A stretch of 64,000 nucleotides of DNA from a virus (taxonomy: Duplodnaviria > Caudoviricetes), in IMG/VR virus record IMGVR_UViG_3300042691_031247; one strand, given 5' to 3'. Below the pieces are notes generated by a model. The model was not told the DNA's origin, did no database searches, and was given only the letters and a program-made list of their open reading frames with translations. Shown here in pieces: positions 10,700-20,070 of this stretch; the stretch's first letter is position 1; every line of letters starts with the position of its first letter. The position numbers and the translations under genes are program-made.

Positions 10700-12562
10700 T
10701 TATGTCGCGCTATAAACGATTCCCGTAACGCGCAATACGCCGATTTCGCCGTAGACGTTATCCTCGTTTCGACCGATGGTTACCAACACTGTGTCGCCCT
10801 CTTCAACGACAATTGGCGCACTCTCGCGCGTGATGACGTGATCAATAAACAAATTGGCGCTGGAATTAAACGTTAGCGGATTGTCTGCTGTTATAAGCTG
10901 TTCTCCGTCAATCGCCGTCAGCGCGGGCGCAGTTAAAACGCGCCGCGTCATATACAACGACGGCATTACCTTTCGATTTCCGTTTGGAAAAGCTCCGCCG
11001 TCGCGCCCGAACAGCTGCACACGAATTTTCATTTCAAGATTGTCGCCAAGGTTGCTTCCGGGGACATTAAAACGCATACGTAGTAGCGCCGCCTGCCCGC
11101 CCGGAAAACCAAGGTAAGGAATATCCATGTACAACCGCTCGACGGTATCGCTTAGCCGAATGATTTGCGGCGCGATCTCGCGTTCGACGAGCTGATCGGT
11201 GTAGTCAATTTTCAGGATACCCTGATGCAGCGTAATTGGGCTTGTCGTGGTGAGATTGAACTGTTGTTTTTCTTGTGTCGTCAGCGTACGCGGGCTGGCA
11301 CGCGAGCCAGTGATCGCTAGTTGGTTAGACGTTGTAAACGCGCCTTCTGCCAACCAGCCTCTCGTTAACTGGTGGCGGTTAATTACGCTTTTAAACGCCT
11401 GCCCGCCCATAGCCTCAGCCGCTGCAATCTGCAGGTCTAGATTAAGCTGAAGATCGCCCGTAGACGCCGGGTCATCAGCGCAGTTCGATATCGCGATCGG
11501 GCTGTTGATGGTCTGAGCCGCTGGCGTGGGTTGTGTTTCGGCCGCCGTGCCGTCTACGTCTTTTACAAGACTCGTGACGACGTTGCGGTCATTGCCGACG
11601 AGCATACGCAAATACACAACTGATACGCGCATGTTCTCGTAGCGGGGACACTCGCCTGTCTCGCTCGGGTGTTCTGTCGGAGCTGCAAACGGAACGTCGT
11701 CTTCGCAGTCACTCATCCACCAAATGCCGTTTGTGTCGCAGACCGCCAAGCCAGTAGAACCGAGCGGGATTTCTGTAGCGCCGACATGATCGACGCCCTT
11801 GTCCCACAGCATTGCGACAGACTGAATCGGTAGCGGGGGCCACACGTTCGAGAGCGCCGAATGCTGACTTAAGTTGTAGCCAAACGCTGCGCCTGTCGGC
11901 GCTTTGCCGTTAAAGGTTGGATGACTTGCGGGCAGCCAGCCGGGATCATTTGCGGTCGCAGCCTGTAGCGGAACAAGATCAAAGCGGTAGTGCGTGTGCT
12001 CGTCGATAAAGTCGCGAATGTGCGGCATGACTACCACACGCGGTACAGTCGTGCAGCTATCCTTCGGGCCCTGTACGTGGCACACTGTTACTGTGACAGG
12101 CGGCTTTTGTTTAACAAGTTTGCCGGCGTCGGTAGCTGATAAGTAATAGCGGCCCGGCGTGATCGACCCCGCGATCGCGTTTGCTAAGTCAGGAATCTCG
12201 ACGATGCCGCGCAGCACAATGTCGCCAAGCGTCTCGGAGCGCTTTCGCAAACAGATGCCAACGCAATCTGACGACGGCTGCACAAGCAGCACTTGCGTTT
12301 CAGGATCAGACGCAACAGCGGCAAGCGCGGGCTCGTAGCGCTTTTCTACCCAGTTCCAGTACACAGGCTGACCGGGCAGCACTGAGCTGCAGATCGTCGC
12401 GTCGCTGTCGACAAGTACGCGGCCGAGGGCAGCAGCGTCAAGTCGGTCTTTTAGATAGTCAGTGCGGTCTTCGAGCGTGCGGTCAGGGCGTGAAACGACC
12501 CCGGCCTGTACAGGCTCTCCCGGATTGACATGTTTAAGGTTATGCAGCCAGTTACCGGACAT
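10700..12562 (-). CDS. Tail fibre / baseplate-attached fibre protein
   Basis: 620 aa. The N-terminal GEPVQAGVVSRPDRTLEDRTDYLK resembles myophage fibre baseplate-attachment segments (N..L..RT.YLK). A GQPVYW / GRYYLS..AG.L beta module follows. Confidence 0.62.
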   Translation of the reverse strand: MSGNWLHNLKHVNPGEPVQAGVVSRPDRTLEDRTDYLKDRLDAAALGRVLVDSDATICSSVLPGQPVYWNWVEKRYEPALAAVASDPETQVLLVQPSSDCVGICLRKRSETLGDIVLRGIVEIPDLANAIAGSITPGRYYLSATDAGKLVKQKPPVTVTVCHVQGPKDSCTTVPRVVVMPHIRDFIDEHTHYRFDLVPLQAATANDPGWLPASHPTFNGKAPTGAAFGYNLSQHSALSNVWPPLPIQSVAMLWDKGVDHVGATEIPLGSTGLAVCDTNGIWWMSDCEDDVPFAAPTEHPSETGECPRYENMRVSVVYLRMLVGNDRNVVTSLVKDVDGTAAETQPTPAAQTINSPIAISNCADDPASTGDLQLNLDLQIAAAEAMGGQAFKSVINRHQLTRGWLAEGAFTTSNQLAITGSRASPRTLTTQEKQQFNLTTTSPITLHQGILKIDYTDQLVEREIAPQIIRLSDTVERLYMDIPYLGFPGGQAALLRMRFNVPGSNLGDNLEMKIRVQLFGRDGGAFPNGNRKVMPSLYMTRRVLTAPALTAIDGEQLITADNPLTFNSSANLFIDHVITRESAPIVVEEGDTVLVTIGRNEDNVYGEIGVLRVTGIVYSAT

Positions 12563-12586
12563 CCTTGTCCTCCGGCAGTTAGTTGA

Positions 12587-13219
12587 TTACAGGAATGCGA
12601 CATCCCACGTGATGCCGATCTGAGATGACGCTTCCTTGGTCACCTGATGCTCGCTATCAAATACTGTGCGCGCAAATACAACGTCCTTAGACCGGTCGTT
12701 AATCGCCGGCGCAGCCACGAGGGCGGCGGCATATACGCGGCTGTTCGTCACGTTGCTGAAACGCCGCTCCTCGCCGCCATAGACCACTCGCGCTTCTGCG
12801 GTCTGCGCAAAAAATGTTAATTGATTGCCCGACTGATTGACGGGCAGATTTGCTTCATACCCCGACGACACGCTTAGCGCCGGTTCAATAGTGAGCGGCA
12901 CCCGAATGAAATTACGCGACGACGAATCGGCGAGCGAGTTGTAGTACGTGATGTCTACGTTGCGACTAAACGTCGGCGTGGAAATTTGAATCCCCGGGTC
13001 GACATTCTCGTATTCGATGTACATGGCTGAGATGTGGTAATCCAGCCGGTCGGGCTGGCGGCGGTACCCGAGTTGTTTCGCGGCGATAAAACCCCAGCCG
13101 TACTGGATCTGGTTGGACTGCGAAAACAGCGGCAACTTCAAACCAGTCTTCTCGTCGACGCGCCACACCGACACGTGTCCGCGTACGCCAAAAGCTGGGG
13201 TAATGTTATCGGCAGCCAT
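12587..13219 (-). CDS. Baseplate wedge / tail-collar-fibre-attachment-like protein
   Basis: 210 aa. Pattern G.V.V..VD..TG......NQI..G at the N-terminus and FARTVF....K.....I.W.V.F at the C-terminus, typical of this myophage family. Confidence 0.6.
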   Translation of the reverse strand: MAADNITPAFGVRGHVSVWRVDEKTGLKLPLFSQSNQIQYGWGFIAAKQLGYRRQPDRLDYHISAMYIEYENVDPGIQISTPTFSRNVDITYYNSLADSSSRNFIRVPLTIEPALSVSSGYEANLPVNQSGNQLTFFAQTAEARVVYGGEERRFSNVTNSRVYAAALVAAPAINDRSKDVVFARTVFDSEHQVTKEASSQIGITWDVAFL

Positions 13220-13228
13220 GTGTTGTCC

Positions 13229-14956
13229 TTATTGGCATGTTCCAGATACAAGTCGCGCCGTCGCGCCCAGATCACTGACTAATGATACCGGCACGGTGTC
13301 GGTTTGGGGGTCCATACCGGTGAAACGCTGCACGGTCTCCGCCGTCAAGTGTTCGGGGTTTATGCTATCTTTATCGGCCGTCAGCTCAAAAATCGCAATC
13401 ATGGCCGTGTGTGGCGGCAATAATTGACGTAGATGCCTAATATTGTACAGTCCCAGCTGATTTAACCCTAGCGCGTTCACATAAATTCGTACTACAAACA
13501 CGTTGTTTCGTAGCACGTTTTCCACGAGAAAACGCAGCGGATTAATAGTCTTCGGCAACTGCGACGCGGTCGGTTCCGTGCCGGCGTTTACGCGCTTGTC
13601 TAGCAGGTGCGCAAGCGTGCCGATTTTTAACTTTGGCGCGCAATCGGGCTGCGATTTGCGTAGCTCCGCTGCCTGCACGCCCCGGGCATGTACCTCGTCA
13701 AAAAACTGCTCAATGTCCGCCGGGTACCCGCCGAGCCGAAATTTTACATACGTGTAACCACTTGGATGTGTCGTGTTTACTTCGAGCGGAACGAGTTTGT
13801 TTTCAAACACGATGTCGCCATAAAAGCACGACGCCAAAAATCCGCTATCGACAGCAATGGCGGCGATTGTTTTTCTAACCGGTTGACACTGCTCGTCGTT
13901 TGGATCTACAAGCAGCTCTTCTTCGCTTTCGGTTGTGAGCGCGTCCCACGCGTTGCTCGACAAGATGTTATTCGGCGGAGGGCAGCACAATACGCTTTGC
14001 TCTGGCGCCCGCGCATAAGAGTTACCGACAAAAAACTCGTGCACGTCGACGCCGTACACAAGAGGCGTGCCGGCCGTTACGCGCTGTTCGACCGCTACGC
14101 GCGGTACCGCGGTCTCTGGAAAGCGATAGACCGCTTTGTCGGTAACTATTAATAATCCTCGTGCGTCGTTGTCTACGCGCTCGACAACCTCTTCTGGTTC
14201 GACGCTAATTGGGACGCCGCAGATAGCTGCAATAGCGGCGTCAAGAATTGCCGCCGTCGCGCCGCCTTCTACCAGACCAGAGATGACAGCGTTGGTGAGA
14301 TCCTTGTAGCCCTGACTTGTTCGGAGCTTTATACCGACGGCGTATGCAAATTGGTTGAAAATGTTGTTGTAGTCAAACTTACCGCAGAACGCCCACAACG
14401 TAAGTTCTTCGTCGTCCGCCGTGTCTGCAGCCGGTCGTTTCGTGAACACCGGGTTTTCAAACGGGTCTTTGGCAAAAATCAAAGCGCCGCGCTCGACGTC
14501 GATAAGAAAGTCGAGGTTTTTGCTGAGGACGCCTGTCGGAAACGTGATGCGATTAAACAGTTGCGCGGCGTCTACAAGCCCGGCCGGCAGCGGGAAAGAA
14601 AAGAACGGGGCGTTTACATTCGCGGCGTCAAACTGTAAGCCGCCATCAAACACAGCGGACGGGTCGCGATCAAACCGCGCGATTGTTGTCCGCGCGGAGT
14701 TGCGCTCGGATTTTTTCAAAACAACAGGGGTAAGCTTCTCCGTGTGAAATAACGGAATATCAAATCGGCTTAGCGCTTCGATGGTCTCGATCAGGTTTTG
14801 ATACGTCTGGTTTACGACGTGTGCTGTCGCGTCGGCATACGAATGCACTTGATCAACGCCGGTGTAGAGGCGTGACCAGAAGCTACCAAGCGCCGCAATT
14901 AAATTGCGACTGCGGTCAAAGTCTGATCCGGGATATACAAACTCAGGCTTTTTCAT
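13229..14956 (-). CDS. Baseplate wedge subunit, P2 gpI / T4 gp7-like
   Basis: 575 aa, directly downstream of gpJ. Contains YKDLTNAVISGLVEGGAT..ILDAAIAAICG and a C-terminal LLPPHT, equivalent to the KPAHT motif. Confidence 0.68.
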   Translation of the reverse strand: MKKPEFVYPGSDFDRSRNLIAALGSFWSRLYTGVDQVHSYADATAHVVNQTYQNLIETIEALSRFDIPLFHTEKLTPVVLKKSERNSARTTIARFDRDPSAVFDGGLQFDAANVNAPFFSFPLPAGLVDAAQLFNRITFPTGVLSKNLDFLIDVERGALIFAKDPFENPVFTKRPAADTADDEELTLWAFCGKFDYNNIFNQFAYAVGIKLRTSQGYKDLTNAVISGLVEGGATAAILDAAIAAICGVPISVEPEEVVERVDNDARGLLIVTDKAVYRFPETAVPRVAVEQRVTAGTPLVYGVDVHEFFVGNSYARAPEQSVLCCPPPNNILSSNAWDALTTESEEELLVDPNDEQCQPVRKTIAAIAVDSGFLASCFYGDIVFENKLVPLEVNTTHPSGYTYVKFRLGGYPADIEQFFDEVHARGVQAAELRKSQPDCAPKLKIGTLAHLLDKRVNAGTEPTASQLPKTINPLRFLVENVLRNNVFVVRIYVNALGLNQLGLYNIRHLRQLLPPHTAMIAIFELTADKDSINPEHLTAETVQRFTGMDPQTDTVPVSLVSDLGATARLVSGTCQ

Positions 14957-14958
14957 AA

Positions 14959-16674
14959 TCAGCGCGTCCAGCCGGCGGAGACTACGGATACCGATACATC
15001 TTGCGGGCTTGTTAAGAACGCGGTGGTGCGTCCGGTGACGAGCCGCGCAACGTCGTCGGGGATTTGCAGAATCGTGTTATCACGCACAAAAGCCGTGCTG
15101 CCGTCTGGCCGGCGAATACGGCCAAACATATCAATACCCCCGAGCGCTTGCTGCGCTGTGAGGTACTGGTGCGCTGCCGTACCGATAAGCGACGCGTGCA
15201 GCTGGCCAGAGAAACCAACACCGGCGACAGCCTTACTTACGGCCGCCTTGATCGCTTCAATATCTGGCGTCGGGTCAGCCGCGTTCTTACGAATTTCAAA
15301 CGCAATTTTTGTAAAGCACGGGATCGGAGCTTTGACCAGTACGTCTGCGGCGCGGGAGCGCGTTTCGCGGGACGCCATGTAATCTTGAAGCTCCGCGATC
15401 AGCGGGAGCCCGGCCGTAGTGATTGAGTACAGCCGTTTTGTTTGTCCCGGCGTCAGCGTCGGGTTTGGCTGGATGTCCGTGTTTACAAACCGGATCGTGG
15501 CTGTCTGGTAGCGTGTATATGCGCTTTCAGTTAGATACAGGATGTCAGGAATGAAGTCGAAATCAGAGAAGTCAACATTCCGCTCGTCGCTTAGCACAGA
15601 GTAATTGACTGGTAATGCCGCCGCGGGATTTACGATGCCGACAACTTCATAAAAACCGGGCGCAAGGTCACGACCGATTGATACCTGCCAGATGGTTCCT
15701 GTCGGTGTGCCGCCCACCAAGTCGCGCTCGTCGCACGGACCGGTCGCGTTTTGCTGGGGCGAATACGGCCCGATATACGTCGCTTCTAACAGGTGCTCGC
15801 GTTCTTGCGCATACGCGTTGGTGTGCGCATAGATATCCACTTTGCCGCCACCGGAGATCGGAAAGAGGGAGTGCTGATCGCGCTGCTGCTCCGCGTCTCC
15901 GCAGCCGAGCACAGACAGGTGCAGCGTATTAGCAAAAACGGGTTGCGTTTTAATGGCCGCCATGTAGCTCTGCCGGCTGCCGATCGTTTTTGCGGCTAAA
16001 CCGGTAGACAGGCGCGTAAGGTATTCGGCGTTGGTCGCCGGGTCGCGCCCGTCGATAAAGTCGGCACTGGCATAAAGATCTACAACGTTGCTGATCGAGC
16101 CGCGGCTGTTTAGCCGTGTGCGGCGGCGGATGTTACCGGCATCACCCACGACGCTAGCAATGACAGTAATTGTCGCGGCGTACGTGCCGTCACCGACAGC
16201 CACCATTTTGCGCTGATCTGGTTCCGTGGCCGGCAGCAGCGGGTCTGTTGGGAACACCACAAAGTTTTGTGTCGGACTAAAAGTAATGTCGCCGTCCTCG
16301 ATACCAAAAATCGCCGCGGTTGTGATCTCCGTGCGAATGTCAGAGTTGAAGACAACTGTGACATAACCCACCGCGGGGGAACCGTTGTCGCGCGCTACAT
16401 TGAAATTAGACAGTACCTGATCGACGATATCGGTGTCGGCGAGATCTGGATTCTGTGTGATGCTCAGCAAGCTCTGACTCTGCAGCACGCGATCAACGTT
16501 TTCTTGAATTGCCGCGTTTAACAGTCCGTCAAAGTACAGTACGAGATCGTGGAACACACCACGCGACAGCTCGACCTCGGGATGACGTTCGGCCATCAGC
16601 TGCGATAACGTCGCAACCATCGCCTGTACTTTTTCAGGGTTAAGCTGTTTGAGGCTGGAAATGGCAATCGGCAT
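14959..16674 (-). CDS. Baseplate J-like protein (P2 gpJ / T4 gp6)
   Basis: 571 aa. Contains VDQVLSNFNVARDNGSPAVGYVTV, ASVVGDAGNI and FIDGRDPATNAEYLTRL, the canonical gpJ pattern. Confidence 0.9.
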   Translation of the reverse strand: MPIAISSLKQLNPEKVQAMVATLSQLMAERHPEVELSRGVFHDLVLYFDGLLNAAIQENVDRVLQSQSLLSITQNPDLADTDIVDQVLSNFNVARDNGSPAVGYVTVVFNSDIRTEITTAAIFGIEDGDITFSPTQNFVVFPTDPLLPATEPDQRKMVAVGDGTYAATITVIASVVGDAGNIRRRTRLNSRGSISNVVDLYASADFIDGRDPATNAEYLTRLSTGLAAKTIGSRQSYMAAIKTQPVFANTLHLSVLGCGDAEQQRDQHSLFPISGGGKVDIYAHTNAYAQEREHLLEATYIGPYSPQQNATGPCDERDLVGGTPTGTIWQVSIGRDLAPGFYEVVGIVNPAAALPVNYSVLSDERNVDFSDFDFIPDILYLTESAYTRYQTATIRFVNTDIQPNPTLTPGQTKRLYSITTAGLPLIAELQDYMASRETRSRAADVLVKAPIPCFTKIAFEIRKNAADPTPDIEAIKAAVSKAVAGVGFSGQLHASLIGTAAHQYLTAQQALGGIDMFGRIRRPDGSTAFVRDNTILQIPDDVARLVTGRTTAFLTSPQDVSVSVVSAGWTR

Positions 16675-16681
16675 GCTACAC

Positions 16682-17158
16682 CTACGGTAAAGTTGCGATG
16701 GGGACTAGTATTTCGCGGGAATCACCGGCGCGGCTAGTGATAGCGATGCTGAGATTCATGTAACCCGGCAGCAAGCCGACAGATATAAGTTCCGCGTCAT
16801 CAAGCCGTTCGTCGTCTGGCATTCCTTCGTATTCTTCGTTTTGCAAAGTAACGCGAATACGCATGTTCGAGGCGTGAAATGTTTGCGTCACGTTTAGCTG
16901 CGTTTTAATGCTGCCCTGTCGGACAAACGTCATGAAATCGCAGCCGCGTTCTGGCAAGCCGGGCATTGACCCCTTTTCAGTCAAAAACTCTAACAGCCAC
17001 CGTTGGGCGAGCTTTTGCGGCCCGGCGCATATTTTTCCCGGGTTGTCTTCGGAGTATAGAACGAGATCGAGCCGGCTGTTGCGTGCGTCACCGCTTCGCT
17101 GCAGCGCGAGAAAGTCGTACTTTCGATTTGCAAAATCGGCGATGCTCATAACGCTCAC
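16682..17158 (-). CDS. Baseplate gp25/gpW-like sheath initiator
   Basis: 158 aa. Contains GPQKLAQRWLLEFLTEKGSMPGLPERGCDF and lies immediately upstream of gpJ. Confidence 0.85.
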   Translation of the reverse strand: MSVMSIADFANRKYDFLALQRSGDARNSRLDLVLYSEDNPGKICAGPQKLAQRWLLEFLTEKGSMPGLPERGCDFMTFVRQGSIKTQLNVTQTFHASNMRIRVTLQNEEYEGMPDDERLDDAELISVGLLPGYMNLSIAITSRAGDSREILVPIATLP

Positions 17159-17622
17159 TTACCGGCATTGATGTGCGATTGCACGCCGTCTTTCAAAAAT
17201 GAAAACACGCTTTTCTTCGGAAGCCCGTGGCCGTCGAGGCGCCCGTGCATAAAGCAGGCGCAGCGAATCATACTGGCGTGCCGCAGCCGCCAGCCCCGTT
17301 CTTCAGTCGCCATAAAGTCAGCCTGCCATTTCATAGCTACAAGATCGCCAGTGGTGCCGCCTTGGCTGCCCGGCCCGGCCAGTACGCTCATTGAGTACGT
17401 CTGATTAATGCCGTCCCGGTTCCAGCTCGGCTCGTGGAGGTTTGGTACGTCGAGCAGTTCTTTTTGCTTCATTTCGTCGGGGGTGTGCCACGGCCGCCAG
17501 TTGTTTTGCTGACGAAACGTTTCTGACATCTTTTTTGCGCGCTCTTCCAACTGGTTAATGCGCGCTTCAAACTTGCCGTCGACCTGCCCTTTAGTTGTGC
17601 CAATTCCTTGCGGTTTATCCAT
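17155..17622 (-). CDS. Hypothetical protein (baseplate operon)
   Basis: 155-aa ORF with a 4-nt overlap with the gp25-like gene. No recognised motif. Confidence 0.6.
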   Translation of the reverse strand: MDKPQGIGTTKGQVDGKFEARINQLEERAKKMSETFRQQNNWRPWHTPDEMKQKELLDVPNLHEPSWNRDGINQTYSMSVLAGPGSQGGTTGDLVAMKWQADFMATEERGWRLRHASMIRCACFMHGRLDGHGLPKKSVFSFLKDGVQSHINAGK

Positions 17623-17629
17623 GTGTCAC

Positions 17630-18451
17630 CTAAAAAGTGCTTTGTGTGTATTGCTTGTCTAACATCGCTTGAATTTTTGCTGCGCGTTGGCTTACGGCGC
17701 CGGGCGTAATGTTTAATCGGCGAGCAATCTCTTGCGTGCTCGTTTTGCGCCGGCCGTTGCGCCCCAGCGTCATGTCAGCAACAAGCTTGTCGATCGGACT
17801 CAGATCTTCGTAGACAAACTTAAACCACGCGTCCGCCGCTCGCGTGCTGTTCGGAATTGTGCTCGCGACGTCGCCGCCGTAGCTTTCTTCGTCCATAACT
17901 TCGCGTGTTGTCATGCCTTCAGATACAGGCTGATTGAACGCACGAATCTTTTGAATACGGCGCGTAGACAACCCGGTGGCGTCCGCGACTTCATCGTCGG
18001 TCGGCTCGCGGCCAAGCTGGTCACGCAGTTCGTTTTCGCTCTCGTTGAGTCGCGTGTAATCTAACCCTACTTGTTCCGGGATAGCGATAATGTTTTGATT
18101 CTGGGCCGATACCCGCCGGAGACTCTGCAGCTGCGACAGAAGATGTGTGCGCACATTCCCGCGGTTGGGGTCGTACGTGTCGAGCGCTTTTAACGCCATA
18201 AGCTTGGCTCGCGACCGGATTGTCGGGCTGGCGGCTTGCCCGGCGTAACTCATCACCGCGGTGTCGATTACAGGCTGAAGTGTCTGCAGCAGCGCCGAGC
18301 TGGTCTCGGGGGTTTTGTGGGCGGCCCACTGCGGGTACAGACTGTCAAACTCCGGGCTGACGCCGGCTGGTTTTTTAGCTGAAAACGGTGGCGGGGTGTC
18401 GCCCAGTATGGACGGCATGCCTTGCTGCTTTTTGTTATTTATATCGGTCAT
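17630..18451 (-). CDS. Phage sigma70-family RNA polymerase sigma factor
   Basis: Region 2 (ALKALDTYDPNRGNVRTHLLSQL), region 3 (LRDQLGREPTDDEVADATGLS) and region 4 HTH (STQEIARRLNITPGAVSQ). The likely start at 18451 overlaps the hub gene stop (ATGA). Confidence 0.9.
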   Translation of the reverse strand: MTDINNKKQQGMPSILGDTPPPFSAKKPAGVSPEFDSLYPQWAAHKTPETSSALLQTLQPVIDTAVMSYAGQAASPTIRSRAKLMALKALDTYDPNRGNVRTHLLSQLQSLRRVSAQNQNIIAIPEQVGLDYTRLNESENELRDQLGREPTDDEVADATGLSTRRIQKIRAFNQPVSEGMTTREVMDEESYGGDVASTIPNSTRAADAWFKFVYEDLSPIDKLVADMTLGRNGRRKTSTQEIARRLNITPGAVSQRAAKIQAMLDKQYTQSTF

Positions 18452-20070
18452 TTCAGCGTATATCCCGACCATTTTTGGCCTTTGTACAGCGGCGCAGTTT
18501 CTTGCGTAATTTTATTGGTTCTGAGATCTTCTAACTCGGTGCGAATGTACGACAAATCAAGCGACGTGCCGGCGAGGGCGCGTTCGGCGTTAATCGCGTA
18601 AGACACCTTCGTGACTGCCGCAATTAAATGCCCGCCGCCCTTACCAACGTCGCCGTCAGGGAGTTTAATTTTAACGATACTGCCCGGCGCAATATCAAAA
18701 CGCAGTTTACCAGACAGTTCGCCGTATCTTTGGCTTAAAAACTCGGTGTGGTAAAAGTGTTTTGCAAAACGTGTGCATACCTCGTTGTACATGGCATCGG
18801 CGAGTTCGGCTGGCTTTTTCCAGCCGGCCGGTAACGACGATTCACCTGTCTGTGGCGCAAGGCAGTCGCCCGGCCGTTTGCCGCCCTCGCCGGTCGTCGG
18901 CCCGCACATGATCGGCCACGGCGACGTGTTCGCCAACCACGATGGTAAGTCTTTAAATAGCTTTAAACCTTGCTGCGGTTTTTGCGCCGTAGCAGCGTCG
19001 GGCCACTGACCGGACGGCGTCGAAAACTTATCGCTGCTCTGCATGTCACCGCCGAGATGCAGCATAGGATCCATTTGCGCCGGCCAGAACACCGTCACGT
19101 TCTCGATCAGCTGGTGCATGGTCGAGTTAAAGTTGGCGTAGCTATAGTCGTCCGCGTGGATAGTGAGTTTGTCGCTACCGCTAAATTTAAGCCCGCCAAA
19201 AAAAGGAATGACGTACGCTTTGTCGATACACGGCGACACGGCAAAGAAAAACTGCGACGCATAATCACCGACGAGCGTGCTCCAAAATGTTGTATACGCA
19301 AACGATTCAACCGCGTCTTTGGTGAGCGCCTGCCGGACAGACATCTCGGCATTCAAACCGACGCCACTAATATCTAAACTCAATTTTGCCGGACCACTAA
19401 AACTAGGCGCTTCGTCGGGCATGCGCGCGAGGGCTTTGAGCGCGGCGTCATTTGGATCGTTTGACGACGTCTTCCACCCGGCCATGGTTTTAAAAATTGG
19501 TTTAATAACGTCGCCCCACAAATTCTGACTGATATTTGACTCAGTGATAATTTTTTCGTTGGCGTCGATAATCGGGACAGGTGACCAAACGTTTCCGTCG
19601 CTCGTTTGCAGCGCTTCGAAAGCTGCGTTCTGCGCCATCAAAAACGGCGCGTTTGGCGCCCACTTGCCATTAAGCGCAGACGAGTTATTCAGGTCGTCGA
19701 GCCAGTGCACGACGTTGATGACGTAATTGGCGCTATTGTGCGAACGCTGATACCCGACGCTGACCAAAAAACCTTCAAATATCTTTATCTCGCCGCTTTC
19801 CATTTTGTCTGTCTTACCGGCTGACGGTGTAATGGTTAAAAACACTTCAACCGGCGCGCGGGGCTGCAGCGCCACTTTTGCCATATGAATAGTCGCCGGT
19901 GCTCCGCCGCGGGCGTTTTGACCAACGGCGACAGTGATACTCGCGGTCGGTATTGTGTTCAGCGGAAACGACGCCGAAATCGCAACAATCTCATTACTAA
20001 AATCAAACCCAGCTATCTTTGCGCGGAGTTTAAATTTTGTGTGTACGTAATTCGGGTTCAGCTCGGTCAT
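18448..20070 (-). CDS. Baseplate hub protein (T4 gp27 / P2 gpD-like)
   Basis: 540 aa, with IVAISASFPLNTIPTASITV, IFEGFLVSV and GELSGKLRFDIAPGSIVKI...VTKVSYAI. Located downstream of the tape measure. Confidence 0.78.
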   Translation of the reverse strand: MTELNPNYVHTKFKLRAKIAGFDFSNEIVAISASFPLNTIPTASITVAVGQNARGGAPATIHMAKVALQPRAPVEVFLTITPSAGKTDKMESGEIKIFEGFLVSVGYQRSHNSANYVINVVHWLDDLNNSSALNGKWAPNAPFLMAQNAAFEALQTSDGNVWSPVPIIDANEKIITESNISQNLWGDVIKPIFKTMAGWKTSSNDPNDAALKALARMPDEAPSFSGPAKLSLDISGVGLNAEMSVRQALTKDAVESFAYTTFWSTLVGDYASQFFFAVSPCIDKAYVIPFFGGLKFSGSDKLTIHADDYSYANFNSTMHQLIENVTVFWPAQMDPMLHLGGDMQSSDKFSTPSGQWPDAATAQKPQQGLKLFKDLPSWLANTSPWPIMCGPTTGEGGKRPGDCLAPQTGESSLPAGWKKPAELADAMYNEVCTRFAKHFYHTEFLSQRYGELSGKLRFDIAPGSIVKIKLPDGDVGKGGGHLIAAVTKVSYAINAERALAGTSLDLSYIRTELEDLRTNKITQETAPLYKGQKWSGYTLK

